Assembly (NCBI GenBank): GCA_041600715.1
Contig: JBFIJM010000001.1
Coordinates: 192,387-256,386 of the forward strand
Direction of reading: 5' to 3'
Source of the DNA: Candidatus Saccharimonadales bacterium
GTDB taxonomy: Bacteria; Patescibacteriota; Saccharimonadia; Saccharimonadales; 2-12-FULL-41-12
Length of the DNA: 64,000 nucleotides
Shown: piece by piece, positions 1-8,278 of the stretch
Numbering within the stretch: the stretch's first letter is position 1
How the letters are laid out: the number at the start of each line of letters is the position of its first letter
Notes under the pieces: model-generated
Told to the model about the DNA's origin: nothing
What the model saw: the letters and a program-made list of their open reading frames with translations, nothing else
The model's database searches: none
Program-made: the position numbers and the translations under genes

Positions 1-56
1 ACGACAAACCAGAGAGCGCATTCTATATGAAGGGTAGTATTAAAGAAGTTAAGTAA
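1..56 (+). CDS. atpD: ATP synthase F1 beta subunit, C-terminal fragment (gene begins upstream of window)
   Basis: Frame 3 reads DKPESAFYMKGSIKEVK-stop ending at 56. The ..AFYM.G.I.E.. tail resembles the AtpD C-terminus, and atpC follows about 100 nt downstream as in atp operons. Confidence 0.55.
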   Translation, partial: DKPESAFYMKGSIKEVK

Positions 57-159
57 CTTCTTTAATAAACAAATAGTAATTAGGAAATAGAAAATAGGTA
101 AACATCATGCAAATTACAAGTTACCAATTCCGAATTCCTGAGCGACTAGAGGTCGCATC

Positions 160-588
160 ATGATTCAGCTTAAGGTCATAACTCTTACTGGCGTGTTTGT
201 GGATAAGGAAGTTCATGAAGTTGCGGTGCCGACGACTGCGGGCACCATTGCAATCAACGGTGGCCATGCTCCGTTGCTAGGTGCTGTAAAACCAGGCGTT
301 CTCAGTATCCAATATAGCAAAAGCGATCGGCACGAAGACCGCGAACAAGTAGCTGTATACGACGGCACAATAGAAGTTCTCGACAACACGATAACAATAT
401 TAGTAGATGATGTAGAAACACCTGATGATATTAGTGAAGCCGAAGCCGAAAGAGCTTTGGCACGAGCAAAAGAACTTAAAGATAAGGCACCAGATGCTGT
501 TGGACTTGCTGAAGCTCAGGCAATGATGGACCGCTCTGCAGTTCGATTGCAGTTAGCCGGCCTTAAAAAACGTTCTAAACGCAGATAA
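160..588 (+). CDS. atpC: ATP synthase F1 epsilon subunit
   Basis: 142-aa ORF. It has an N-terminal beta-sandwich-like pattern (TTAGTIAINGGHAPLLGAVKPGVLSI) and a C-terminal helical AEAERALARAKEL segment typical of epsilon, and it sits after the atpD tail. Confidence 0.85.
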   Translation: MIQLKVITLTGVFVDKEVHEVAVPTTAGTIAINGGHAPLLGAVKPGVLSIQYSKSDRHEDREQVAVYDGTIEVLDNTITILVDDVETPDDISEAEAERALARAKELKDKAPDAVGLAEAQAMMDRSAVRLQLAGLKKRSKRR

Positions 589-590
589 AC

Positions 591-902
591 TTACTCGATA
601 TTAAATTGTTTAGTCGCGTCTTCACGCCATTTAATTCGTTGGTCAGTAAGGGTTATAACTCCAATAAGCCTTTCGACCCTGTCTCTGAGCTCTGGTGAAA
701 GGTCACTTAATTCTTCAGTTATGATTTTATGGTGTGCATAATACAGAGCAGGGTCTGATCTATACAGTGATTTAATCCTGGTAAGCTCTGCCTCTGGAGA
801 ATCGACATCTCTGCGCACTGCTTCGTAGTCAGTCAGATGTCTATCGACATCAGCTTCAAACTCTTGTGAAGCTTTGAGGAAATGTTCATGATTGTACTTC
901 AT
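591..902 (-). CDS. hypothetical protein (103 aa)
   Basis: Only long ORF here and convergent with atpC. No motif recognised. A palindromic operator is centred about 68 nt upstream of its ATG. Confidence 0.5.
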   Translation of the reverse strand: MKYNHEHFLKASQEFEADVDRHLTDYEAVRRDVDSPEAELTRIKSLYRSDPALYYAHHKIITEELSDLSPELRDRVERLIGVITLTDQRIKWREDATKQFNIE

Positions 903-962
903 GTATTCTCCTTACGCTATATGTAGTGTAGCTACATATTACCACACGCTAGGTATGTAATT

Positions 963-978
963 TGTGATACAGATCACA
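963..978. promoter_or_regulatory. perfect palindrome TGTGATACAGATCACA (TGTGA-N6-TCACA, CRP-family-type operator)
   Basis: Read directly. It lies in the divergent intergenic region between 591..902(-) and 1069..2079(+). The -10-like TGTAAT at 956-961 ends 1 nt before it. The extended match TTTGTGATACnnATCACAGAATG is shared with the site at 8263. Confidence 0.55.
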
Positions 979-1068
979 GAATGGGCTTGAATATGAATTA
1001 TTTGAGGAGTATAGTAAAAAATTGTTTAAAATTACTAAGCCACATACAAATCTAGAAAAAAAGGTGTT

Positions 1069-2079
1069 ATGAACGAAGGATATCCCATAATGAATGATAG
1101 CATTGACGAGCAAGTGCGCCCTAGCGTTGACTACGGTGTAATTGCTGACGAAGCAAGACAACAACACATACAGGAGCGAGCTACAGAATTAAACGAAAAA
1201 GATCGTGTGAGGGGCGATCTTATTCGCGTTGCTAGCATGAGCGACCTTGCGACAGGTGCTGAGTGGGCTGGAGATATTAGCAAAAACGGTGCAGGTTCGC
1301 TCAACGCGAGACAAGAAGGGCGCTATCATCACTTCATAAAGTGTTCTGTCGTAAATACTGCAGAAGGTGGCCAGGTGGGCTGTATGGATGGTCGGATACT
1401 GACATTGCTCATGTTACTTGGTCCCAAAATGGCTAGTGGAACTCACGGGAATGCCATACGACTAATGCTTGCAACTGTTGCGGACCCATACGAAAAACAG
1501 CTGAACTACAGAGACGCATTTAATGTTATGGCAGACATTGACCAAAAGTACGGCTTTAAGTCAGGGACTCATGCTCTAGATCAGTGTGGTGCACAAAAAT
1601 TTGCTCCTTACGCTATACAAACAGTCGCAACACAAGGAAAGATGGTTTCTGGTGCTACTAAGACTTTTTTGGGCTCGGTGGGTTATACCTATAATCAGGA
1701 AAAGCAATCTGGTCTTATTGTTGGCGCAAAACAACTCATTGGCTTACCTGAAAGTGATAAAGCTACTCAGGTTTTAACTTCCAGAAATGCAACAGCATGC
1801 CCGAACTTACCTAAATCTCATAAAGAAAAATCAATCGTTGTATTCATGGATCACGACGTAACGCTAGACAATAATCATCTTGTAAAACTTACTACAGAAG
1901 AACTTGGCATCGAGGCGCAAGCGTTTGGGTACTCTTGGGGATATCATCTTAAGATCGCCCAGGAGCTTGGTGGGTCACTTGGTGATTACTATCTGCACTC
2001 CGTTGCTTCCCAAGATGTCCCTGTTCTCACACGCCTCACCGACGGATCTTTAGATATACTGGCTTACAAGAAGAACTAA
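1069..2079 (+). CDS. hypothetical protein (336 aa) with CxDxR ... HxxxxCGA motif pair
   Basis: Long ORF with GCMDGR and, about 60 residues later, SGTHALDQCGAQK. This is reminiscent of, but spaced differently from, the beta-carbonic-anhydrase zinc ligand motifs. Function not assigned. Confidence 0.6.
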   Translation: MNEGYPIMNDSIDEQVRPSVDYGVIADEARQQHIQERATELNEKDRVRGDLIRVASMSDLATGAEWAGDISKNGAGSLNARQEGRYHHFIKCSVVNTAEGGQVGCMDGRILTLLMLLGPKMASGTHGNAIRLMLATVADPYEKQLNYRDAFNVMADIDQKYGFKSGTHALDQCGAQKFAPYAIQTVATQGKMVSGATKTFLGSVGYTYNQEKQSGLIVGAKQLIGLPESDKATQVLTSRNATACPNLPKSHKEKSIVVFMDHDVTLDNNHLVKLTTEELGIEAQAFGYSWGYHLKIAQELGGSLGDYYLHSVASQDVPVLTRLTDGSLDILAYKKN

Positions 2080-5000
2080 ACCGATAGATCTTTTATGAAC
2101 TGCTTACTGCCGGACAGAGTTTGATCGTAGGCAGTTACGTCCGGTAAATCTAGTGTTTGAATTATGTTCCATACAGCATTAATTAACTGTTTCATCTCGG
2201 TTTCCTCTGTAGAGTCAAAGTCTATGAGAAGTGGTTGCTTAATTTCATTACTTCCAGTGCTTGAAGGTTCTATGAACTCGAGTCTGGCCTCTATAACCGA
2301 ATAATCCCGAAAGCTGTGGCTACCTTCGATAAGAAGCTTGTAAAAGTATAATTGTTGTTTGTATTTTAACGCTTTGATACTATTGTCCCACTTGCTAAGC
2401 GGTGAACCAGTTTTGTAGTCTGCGATTTTTATAGTTTTGTTAATCGTATCAATTTCTAAACGATCAATTTTGCCACTTAAGCGCGCGTTGCCTACAATAA
2501 CTCCTTCATTATAGAAATTCACTTCTGTTTGAGCAGTTTGTTTAAACATGCCTTCTCTTGCAATCAGATATTTTTGTAAAGTGTTTCTACCTTTGGCTCT
2601 AGAATGATCACGGTCAGAATCACTCATGTAGCGCCTCTTAAGCTGATAATCGAACTGTTTTAAGACGTCTTGAATACTGGTTATTTTCCCTGCATTGCAT
2701 TGGTTTTGATACCACTCAAGCGAATTATGGATAGCGGTTCCGTATTCTCCACTTACACTCGGAGCTTGAGGGAATCTGAGTAAAGTTTGTACAAGAAATG
2801 TTTCAGGACCTCCGTGCTCGAGGTCTATGAACGAATTTAGGTGTGTAGGGCTCATTTGGTAGCGTTTTAGTCGATCTTTTAGCAGGCTCCTAAAGTCTGC
2901 AGGTAATTTAATCTGACCAGCTTGCCATAAAGTCTCTATGTCTTCTGCTAAATCTTCAGGTTTAGCCGACTCCTTAATGATATTCTGGGAATGTTCAGGT
3001 AAGTGGGCTGATATACTTCCGTTTTCGCTAAGATATTTAAGAGGCGTAGTGCTTTTGCCACTATCTTTATTACTGTGTGAGGTTATGTATAAAGCATGCT
3101 TTGCCCGTGTAATTGCTACGAAGAATAGTCGTAGGCGTTCATCATTGCTCGACCCGACATAACGGATATGACTTAGATTGGCTGGTAGACTCAGTTTATT
3201 ATTCCCTCCTCTACTTGCGCTACCCCACACATCATCATGTGCTTGCAGAATGAATACATGTTCAAACTCTAAGCCCTTTGCTTTATAGGCAGTCATTAAC
3301 TGAACTGACTCAGTTTTTTGGGCAATCGGATGAATATTTGTAAGTGTTGCATCACCTGCTTCGTACATAGAAAAAAAGTCCAAAAAGTCCTTTATGCTTA
3401 GTTGATTCTCTTGTGTTAACTGATAATCTCGTAGCTTTGTGCGTATAACACTAAGGTGTGAGATTGCTTCGTAATACTTAAGGGCATTTTCAGTACGGTT
3501 TTTGGGCTCAAAGTAGTAGCTTTTTAGTGGTGCTTCTAGTTTGTCCTCCCCATTAATTACAGGGATAGTTCCTATAAGTTTGTCTAATGTAATCTCAAGT
3601 GGTTCGGCAGTAGCAGTGCTCGCAACGGATAGATAAAATAACGTAGCTTTTGCAGTTGAGTTTGCTTCAAGTGCAATCTCGGGCCACTGCCTTTTTTCGT
3701 CATAGGAGCTAAACTGCCAATTAATCTTCCATACTTCTTGTGCTGGTATCTTCCAAAATGGTAGTGAGAGCACCAACGGAAAATACTTGTTAATAGCTGG
3801 CCTGTCATTGTTGTTCAACGCTTGTATAAGTTCCGCACAGAGACGAATCCCTTGAACAATCTCTGTTTCTAAAATATTCTCCCTCTTTTCATAAGAGATA
3901 GGAATTTTATTTTTGTGCATGAAAGGCACAATATTCTCTAAAATCTTATGTTTTGGCGCTAGTATGGCAATTTCAGTTGGGTTTATTCCCTCATCTACTA
4001 GTGTCCGTACTTTATCAGCAACCCAGGAGTACTCACTGGCTTGTGCTATAAATTCATGTCTTGCGATAGTAGCTTGTTCTGGCAATGCTTTTGATTCAGC
4101 CACGAGCACTTTATTTATATTAGAAATCTGAGCATGAAGACGGTCTTCGATTTGGCCGGCAATGCCGTGAGCGACATGTAGAATATCTGCGTGAGAACGG
4201 TAGTTACTCAATAGATTAACAATAGTAACACCAGAGAATGTTACTAGGAATTCTTTCATGTTTCCAATGTTAGCCCCCTGGAAAGCGAATATCGCCTGGT
4301 CGTCATCCCCTACAGCCATAATATTGGGACGTCCTTCATGAACTGGATGGTTTGCAATCTGCTTTACCAACTCGAACTGTGAAGGGTTGGTATCTTGAAA
4401 CTCATCAAGCAAGATATATTGGTATCGTTCTTGCAAGTTGTATCTTAACTCGTCGTTTTTGTTAATACCTTCTATTGCGCGTAGGATCATGTCATCAAAA
4501 TCATACGAAGCCTGGGCTTGTAAGTGTTCTTGATACTTCTGATAAATATTTGCTAACTCTGTCAATTTATAACTTTTTTGTGCGTCTGTAAGTGTAAACT
4601 TATCGTTCTCATCTTTGTGTAGCCATTCATTCTTCCATTTTGTAAGTGGTGTAGGAGAACCAGTATCGTGTGATTCTTGATGAGCTTTCTGTAGCGCAAT
4701 GGTAGCTTGGTTACAGAGTTCGCCTTTTAGAAATTGCAAAGCGGTTAGTAGCGCATCATACTGAGCGAGTTTTTGAGCTTTTTTTGAAGATATGCCTCCA
4801 GCATTATTAACAATACTGTCTAGAATGGGCTGAGCAGACTTGATTGATAAAAGGTTGTCATTAGCCAACTTCTTTAGTGATTCAGGTGTAATGAGGTTTT
4901 GCTTTAGATCACTTATGGTATTCACAACACTTTTTATATAGTATCGAGCCCCAAGAAGAGGGCTGTCAAAAGGTAGCTTACTGATTATTTCACTTACAAT

Positions 5001-5387
5001 TTGAATCTGAGATAGTTCGTCTATTGGTCTTTCTAGGCGTACATCATCTGACCGGTCGATGCTAATTGTCTGGAAGTAGTCTGAATACTGTTTGATAATA
5101 TCACTACCAAAACTATGATAGGTGCTGATTGTTACATCGTATGCGTCATCCCCAATAAAATTTCTTAGACGCTCTCGCATGTTTGTTGCACCGCTTTCGG
5201 TAAAAGTCAGACATAATATATTACGAGCCTCAATGTCAGTCTGGTCAAGAATATGGGCAACACGAGCACTAAGGAGTTGAGTTTTTCCTGTCCCCGGCCC
5301 CGCTATTACTAATACTGGCCCATCGATAGCCTCGACGGCCTGTCTTTGCGCAGGATTCAACTTATCCAAATAACTAGCATCACTCAT
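2076..5387 (-). CDS. UvrD/PcrA-type superfamily 1 helicase fused to a C-terminal PD-(D/E)XK (RecB-like) nuclease
   Basis: 1103 aa. Walker A GPGTGKTQ, helicase motifs (LLDEFQDTN, VGDDDQAIFAFQGA, NYRS, TAYKAKGLEFEHVF, FFVAITRAK) and a C-terminal GKIDRLE...IADYKTG...QQLYFY nuclease motif set. Confidence 0.85.
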   Translation of the reverse strand: MSDASYLDKLNPAQRQAVEAIDGPVLVIAGPGTGKTQLLSARVAHILDQTDIEARNILCLTFTESGATNMRERLRNFIGDDAYDVTISTYHSFGSDIIKQYSDYFQTISIDRSDDVRLERPIDELSQIQIVSEIISKLPFDSPLLGARYYIKSVVNTISDLKQNLITPESLKKLANDNLLSIKSAQPILDSIVNNAGGISSKKAQKLAQYDALLTALQFLKGELCNQATIALQKAHQESHDTGSPTPLTKWKNEWLHKDENDKFTLTDAQKSYKLTELANIYQKYQEHLQAQASYDFDDMILRAIEGINKNDELRYNLQERYQYILLDEFQDTNPSQFELVKQIANHPVHEGRPNIMAVGDDDQAIFAFQGANIGNMKEFLVTFSGVTIVNLLSNYRSHADILHVAHGIAGQIEDRLHAQISNINKVLVAESKALPEQATIARHEFIAQASEYSWVADKVRTLVDEGINPTEIAILAPKHKILENIVPFMHKNKIPISYEKRENILETEIVQGIRLCAELIQALNNNDRPAINKYFPLVLSLPFWKIPAQEVWKINWQFSSYDEKRQWPEIALEANSTAKATLFYLSVASTATAEPLEITLDKLIGTIPVINGEDKLEAPLKSYYFEPKNRTENALKYYEAISHLSVIRTKLRDYQLTQENQLSIKDFLDFFSMYEAGDATLTNIHPIAQKTESVQLMTAYKAKGLEFEHVFILQAHDDVWGSASRGGNNKLSLPANLSHIRYVGSSNDERLRLFFVAITRAKHALYITSHSNKDSGKSTTPLKYLSENGSISAHLPEHSQNIIKESAKPEDLAEDIETLWQAGQIKLPADFRSLLKDRLKRYQMSPTHLNSFIDLEHGGPETFLVQTLLRFPQAPSVSGEYGTAIHNSLEWYQNQCNAGKITSIQDVLKQFDYQLKRRYMSDSDRDHSRAKGRNTLQKYLIAREGMFKQTAQTEVNFYNEGVIVGNARLSGKIDRLEIDTINKTIKIADYKTGSPLSKWDNSIKALKYKQQLYFYKLLIEGSHSFRDYSVIEARLEFIEPSSTGSNEIKQPLLIDFDSTEETEMKQLINAVWNIIQTLDLPDVTAYDQTLSGSKQFIKDLSV

Positions 5388-5421
5388 CTATATATAGCGT
5401 ACGGGTTAAAGCCTAAAATAA

Positions 5422-6669
5422 CTAGACTTTTAATAGTTCTTCATCTGATAGATATTTCTTAGCCAAGTCTGTAAATACGGCGTTTGTCCATCCAAAACCT
5501 ACTTGGGGCGGATACACGCCATGAGCTGGGTCGGCGTGAATATCCGTAACGTTATAGGCTTCACGGAATACGCCATACTCTTTAAAGTATTGAAGGTTAG
5601 TATTAATCCATCTCCGTGCTATTTGCTCGGCTTTTTCATGATAGCCATAATTAGATAAAGCCTCTGTTACTATCCATTGTAATGGAGCCCAGCCATTAGG
5701 ATATGCCCACTGATGAGCAATCATGCGTGCGATTTCATTTTCGTTGCTAGTAGTCGTACTGAGTCCGCCCTCGTACATAAAATTATCTAGATTAGCGACA
5801 ACACGCTCAGCCTGTTCTTGAGTAGCGACCCCTGCCCAAAGAGGATATAAGCTTGCAAGTGACCATATATCGGAATGAGCTCCTGCCACATAATCTAGGT
5901 CAAAATAAAAACCTTTTCTGTCGTCCCACATTTCCGCATTCATTGTCTGGGCACGTAAAGCACCCTTGCCTCGCCATATTTCAGCGGTGTCACTATCTCC
6001 GAGAATATCGTATGTTTTAGCAAAGTCTAATTCGTACTTATGAAGCAATGAATTGAGATCAATCGGAACATAAGATAAACAGTTGCCGTAAAAGCGTGTA
6101 GTCATGTCCCATCCGGATTCGCACTCTGCAAGATCGTCGAGCACATTAATATCGTAATAACGACTTAATCCTTTATAGATATTTCTACGGCTAGGCTGAA
6201 TGTCTCTCAACCAGACGTTATTGTATTCGCGCTCAGCAATCTCCATACGCTCCCTTAGCCAGTTTGTATCCTTTTGGCAGTGCTCGTATATATCCATAAT
6301 ATAACTTGTTAGTAAGGGCGGTTGAGATCTGCTTGTGAAGTAGAACCTGCTGGCATTTGGAATGATATGGAAACGCTTATATAGAAAAAGCAAGTTCTCG
6401 AGCATTCCTTCGGCCAACTCATGTCTGCCTGATTGTAGTAGCCCCTGAGCTGTAAAATAACTATCCCAGTAGTACATTTCTTCAAAAACAAACCCATTTT
6501 GAGGTTCTGCGCTCGGAACAATGTACGGAAAAGGTAGCCCTATAAGTGTACCGTCATCAAATTCTTGTGATTTAGTTAAGGCTGGCCATGTTAACTCAAT
6601 ATGGGCGAAAGCACCGGCAATTTCGTCGGCGTTAAAACGGATTGTTTGATTTATGGGAGCGTTAAGCAT
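5422..6669 (-). CDS. trehalase, glycoside hydrolase family 37 (cytoplasmic type, no signal peptide)
   Basis: 415 aa. EEMYYWDSYF and RSQPPLL match trehalase signature 1 and the conserved core. QWAYPNGWAPLQW matches signature 2 (QWDxPxxWxP). Confidence 0.8.
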   Translation of the reverse strand: MLNAPINQTIRFNADEIAGAFAHIELTWPALTKSQEFDDGTLIGLPFPYIVPSAEPQNGFVFEEMYYWDSYFTAQGLLQSGRHELAEGMLENLLFLYKRFHIIPNASRFYFTSRSQPPLLTSYIMDIYEHCQKDTNWLRERMEIAEREYNNVWLRDIQPSRRNIYKGLSRYYDINVLDDLAECESGWDMTTRFYGNCLSYVPIDLNSLLHKYELDFAKTYDILGDSDTAEIWRGKGALRAQTMNAEMWDDRKGFYFDLDYVAGAHSDIWSLASLYPLWAGVATQEQAERVVANLDNFMYEGGLSTTTSNENEIARMIAHQWAYPNGWAPLQWIVTEALSNYGYHEKAEQIARRWINTNLQYFKEYGVFREAYNVTDIHADPAHGVYPPQVGFGWTNAVFTDLAKKYLSDEELLKV

Positions 6670-6724
6670 ATCCAGTAATTGTAAAGAGACGTCTGTCTCA
6701 CTGCAAATGGAAATTCATAAAATC

Positions 6725-6740
6725 TGTGACAATTTTCACA
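6725..6740. promoter_or_regulatory. perfect palindrome TGTGACAATTTTCACA (TGTGA-N6-TCACA)
   Basis: Read directly. It lies between the trehalase start (6669, minus) and the small ORF at 6858 (plus). The -10-like TAAAAT at 6718-6723 ends 1 nt before it. Confidence 0.5.
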
Positions 6741-6857
6741 GCCGGTAAATAAATGTGAAGTTAACATAAGAAAGTTCAGCTTAAGTATGTTTTTATGGCT
6801 GTGGTTTAGGCAGTAACTGCTTAAGCTGGACACAGGCAAATAAAGGAGGGTATATTT

Positions 6858-7037
6858 GTGAAATCAAACGCACCAAAACAATATCGCGCGGATCAGCTTG
6901 CTAAAAAAATTAGCAGTCTAAATAAATCCCAAGATGAAGAACGTCATGGTCGAAAAATAAAGCGTCATTTACATGATTTCCGAGATATTTCAGCGCAACA
7001 ATTGCTGACAAACAACAACGCCTACGATATTGCATAA
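6858..7037 (+). CDS. small basic hypothetical protein (59 aa, GTG start)
   Basis: Below the ORF-track length cutoff. A strong SD AAGGAGG (6844-6850) lies 7 nt before the GTG. It reads VKSNAPKQYRADQLAKK...AYDIA-stop and is followed by a clean intrinsic terminator. Confidence 0.45.
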   Translation: MKSNAPKQYRADQLAKKISSLNKSQDEERHGRKIKRHLHDFRDISAQQLLTNNNAYDIA

Positions 7038-7067
7038 CTGACAAAACTTGTTGAGCTCTTAAACTGG

Positions 7068-7100
7068 CCGGACGTACTCCATCACGTCCGGTCTGTTTTT
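7068..7100 (+). terminator. rho-independent terminator
   Basis: Stem CCGGACGT (7068-7075) pairs with ACGTCCGG (7084-7091), 8-nt loop, then TCTGTTTTT. Confidence 0.7.
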
Positions 7101-7117
7101 GATTTATAATGGTCTAG

Positions 7118-7657
7118 ATGGATAAAGATATAGGCGAGATAATTTTGAGTGGTGGCGTAGGAACAATGCCTACTGACACAATTTATGGGATGGTTTGCTC
7201 AGCAATGGACACTGGTGCTGTAAAAAGGATATATGACTTAAAATCTCGAGCTCCTTATAAACCATTAATAATTTTAGTATCTAACTCCTCCCAGATAGGA
7301 GATTGCGGTGTCTCACTGGACAATTTGAATTTGCATATTTTAGATGAAAAGTGGCGCCGATCTCCTAGTAGCATAATATTGCCTGCAGACAATACTCTTC
7401 AACACGTACATAAGGGGTTAAATACGATAGCACTTAGAATTCCCTACTCAAAACCAGAACTATTAAAGCTACTGTCCATTACAGGGCCAATTGTCGCAAC
7501 AAGTGTAAATATCAGCGGTGAATCACCACTGCTAAACCTAGAAGAGATCAAGCAAGAATTTCCTAATCTGGATTTTTATATAGGCGGTAGGTCAGGTCAG
7601 GTTCCCTCAGCACTTTATAGACTTATTAATGACAGCTTGGAGCCGATTGAGCGCTAG
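7118..7657 (+). CDS. tsaC: L-threonylcarbamoyladenylate synthase (YrdC/TsaC family)
   Basis: 179 aa. PTDTIYGMVCSA matches the YrdC-domain signature PTDTxYG, and the size fits the single-domain TsaC type. Confidence 0.75.
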   Translation: MDKDIGEIILSGGVGTMPTDTIYGMVCSAMDTGAVKRIYDLKSRAPYKPLIILVSNSSQIGDCGVSLDNLNLHILDEKWRRSPSSIILPADNTLQHVHKGLNTIALRIPYSKPELLKLLSITGPIVATSVNISGESPLLNLEEIKQEFPNLDFYIGGRSGQVPSALYRLINDSLEPIER

Positions 7658-8214
7658 TGTCTAGTGCGTACAGCGTTCCAAGCTATCGCACCGATAGAAA
7701 GTAATAAAGCGCTATAAAATCCTAGCTCGCCATATAGTTCTAATTTATAACCTTCATTAAAGTTCAGGACAAAATATGCGACGGCTGTTACGCTATAGGC
7801 TACTACTGATGCTACTGCGGTCAGATAAACCATGCCTTTCTTTGCCAACACAGACGCAACCAAAATTGGTATTACAAATAGTATGACTGCCCTACTAGCC
7901 ATCCCTCTGGTGGTGTAAACATAAAAGGATGCTAAGGCGATATCAGTTGCGATCAATACCCATGCAATACGATGAATTTCTTTAGGGGTATCACTAAGCC
8001 TTGCGATATACCAACACATACTCGCTACAATTATTAGTACGCTTGTAGCAAGCCAGCGTTTAAGTACGATCTCTGGAGTTATGAGTTTACCGGCATCATA
8101 AGCGATAATTTGGGCAGTAAATAACAACCCAATAACGACATGAATTTTACATATGCGAATAAAATTTGAGCGCATATTATTGTGCTGACGTATTTCTGAA
8201 CCCATGTCAAGCAT
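7654..8214 (-). CDS. hypothetical polytopic membrane protein (186 aa)
   Basis: Five or six hydrophobic segments. Overlaps the tsaC end by 4 nt (convergent). A palindromic operator is centred about 56 nt upstream of its ATG. Confidence 0.55.
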   Translation of the reverse strand: MLDMGSEIRQHNNMRSNFIRICKIHVVIGLLFTAQIIAYDAGKLITPEIVLKRWLATSVLIIVASMCWYIARLSDTPKEIHRIAWVLIATDIALASFYVYTTRGMASRAVILFVIPILVASVLAKKGMVYLTAVASVVAYSVTAVAYFVLNFNEGYKLELYGELGFYSALLLSIGAIAWNAVRTRH

Positions 8215-8262
8215 TTAACCATAACTGTTAAACGGGGGTCAAATAAAGCGATTATAATTATT

Positions 8263-8278
8263 TGTGATACTTATCACA
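8263..8278. promoter_or_regulatory. perfect palindrome TGTGATACTTATCACA (TGTGA-N6-TCACA)
   Basis: Read directly. TATAAT at 8253-8258 ends 4 nt before it. Its flanks are shared with the site at 963. Confidence 0.55.
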
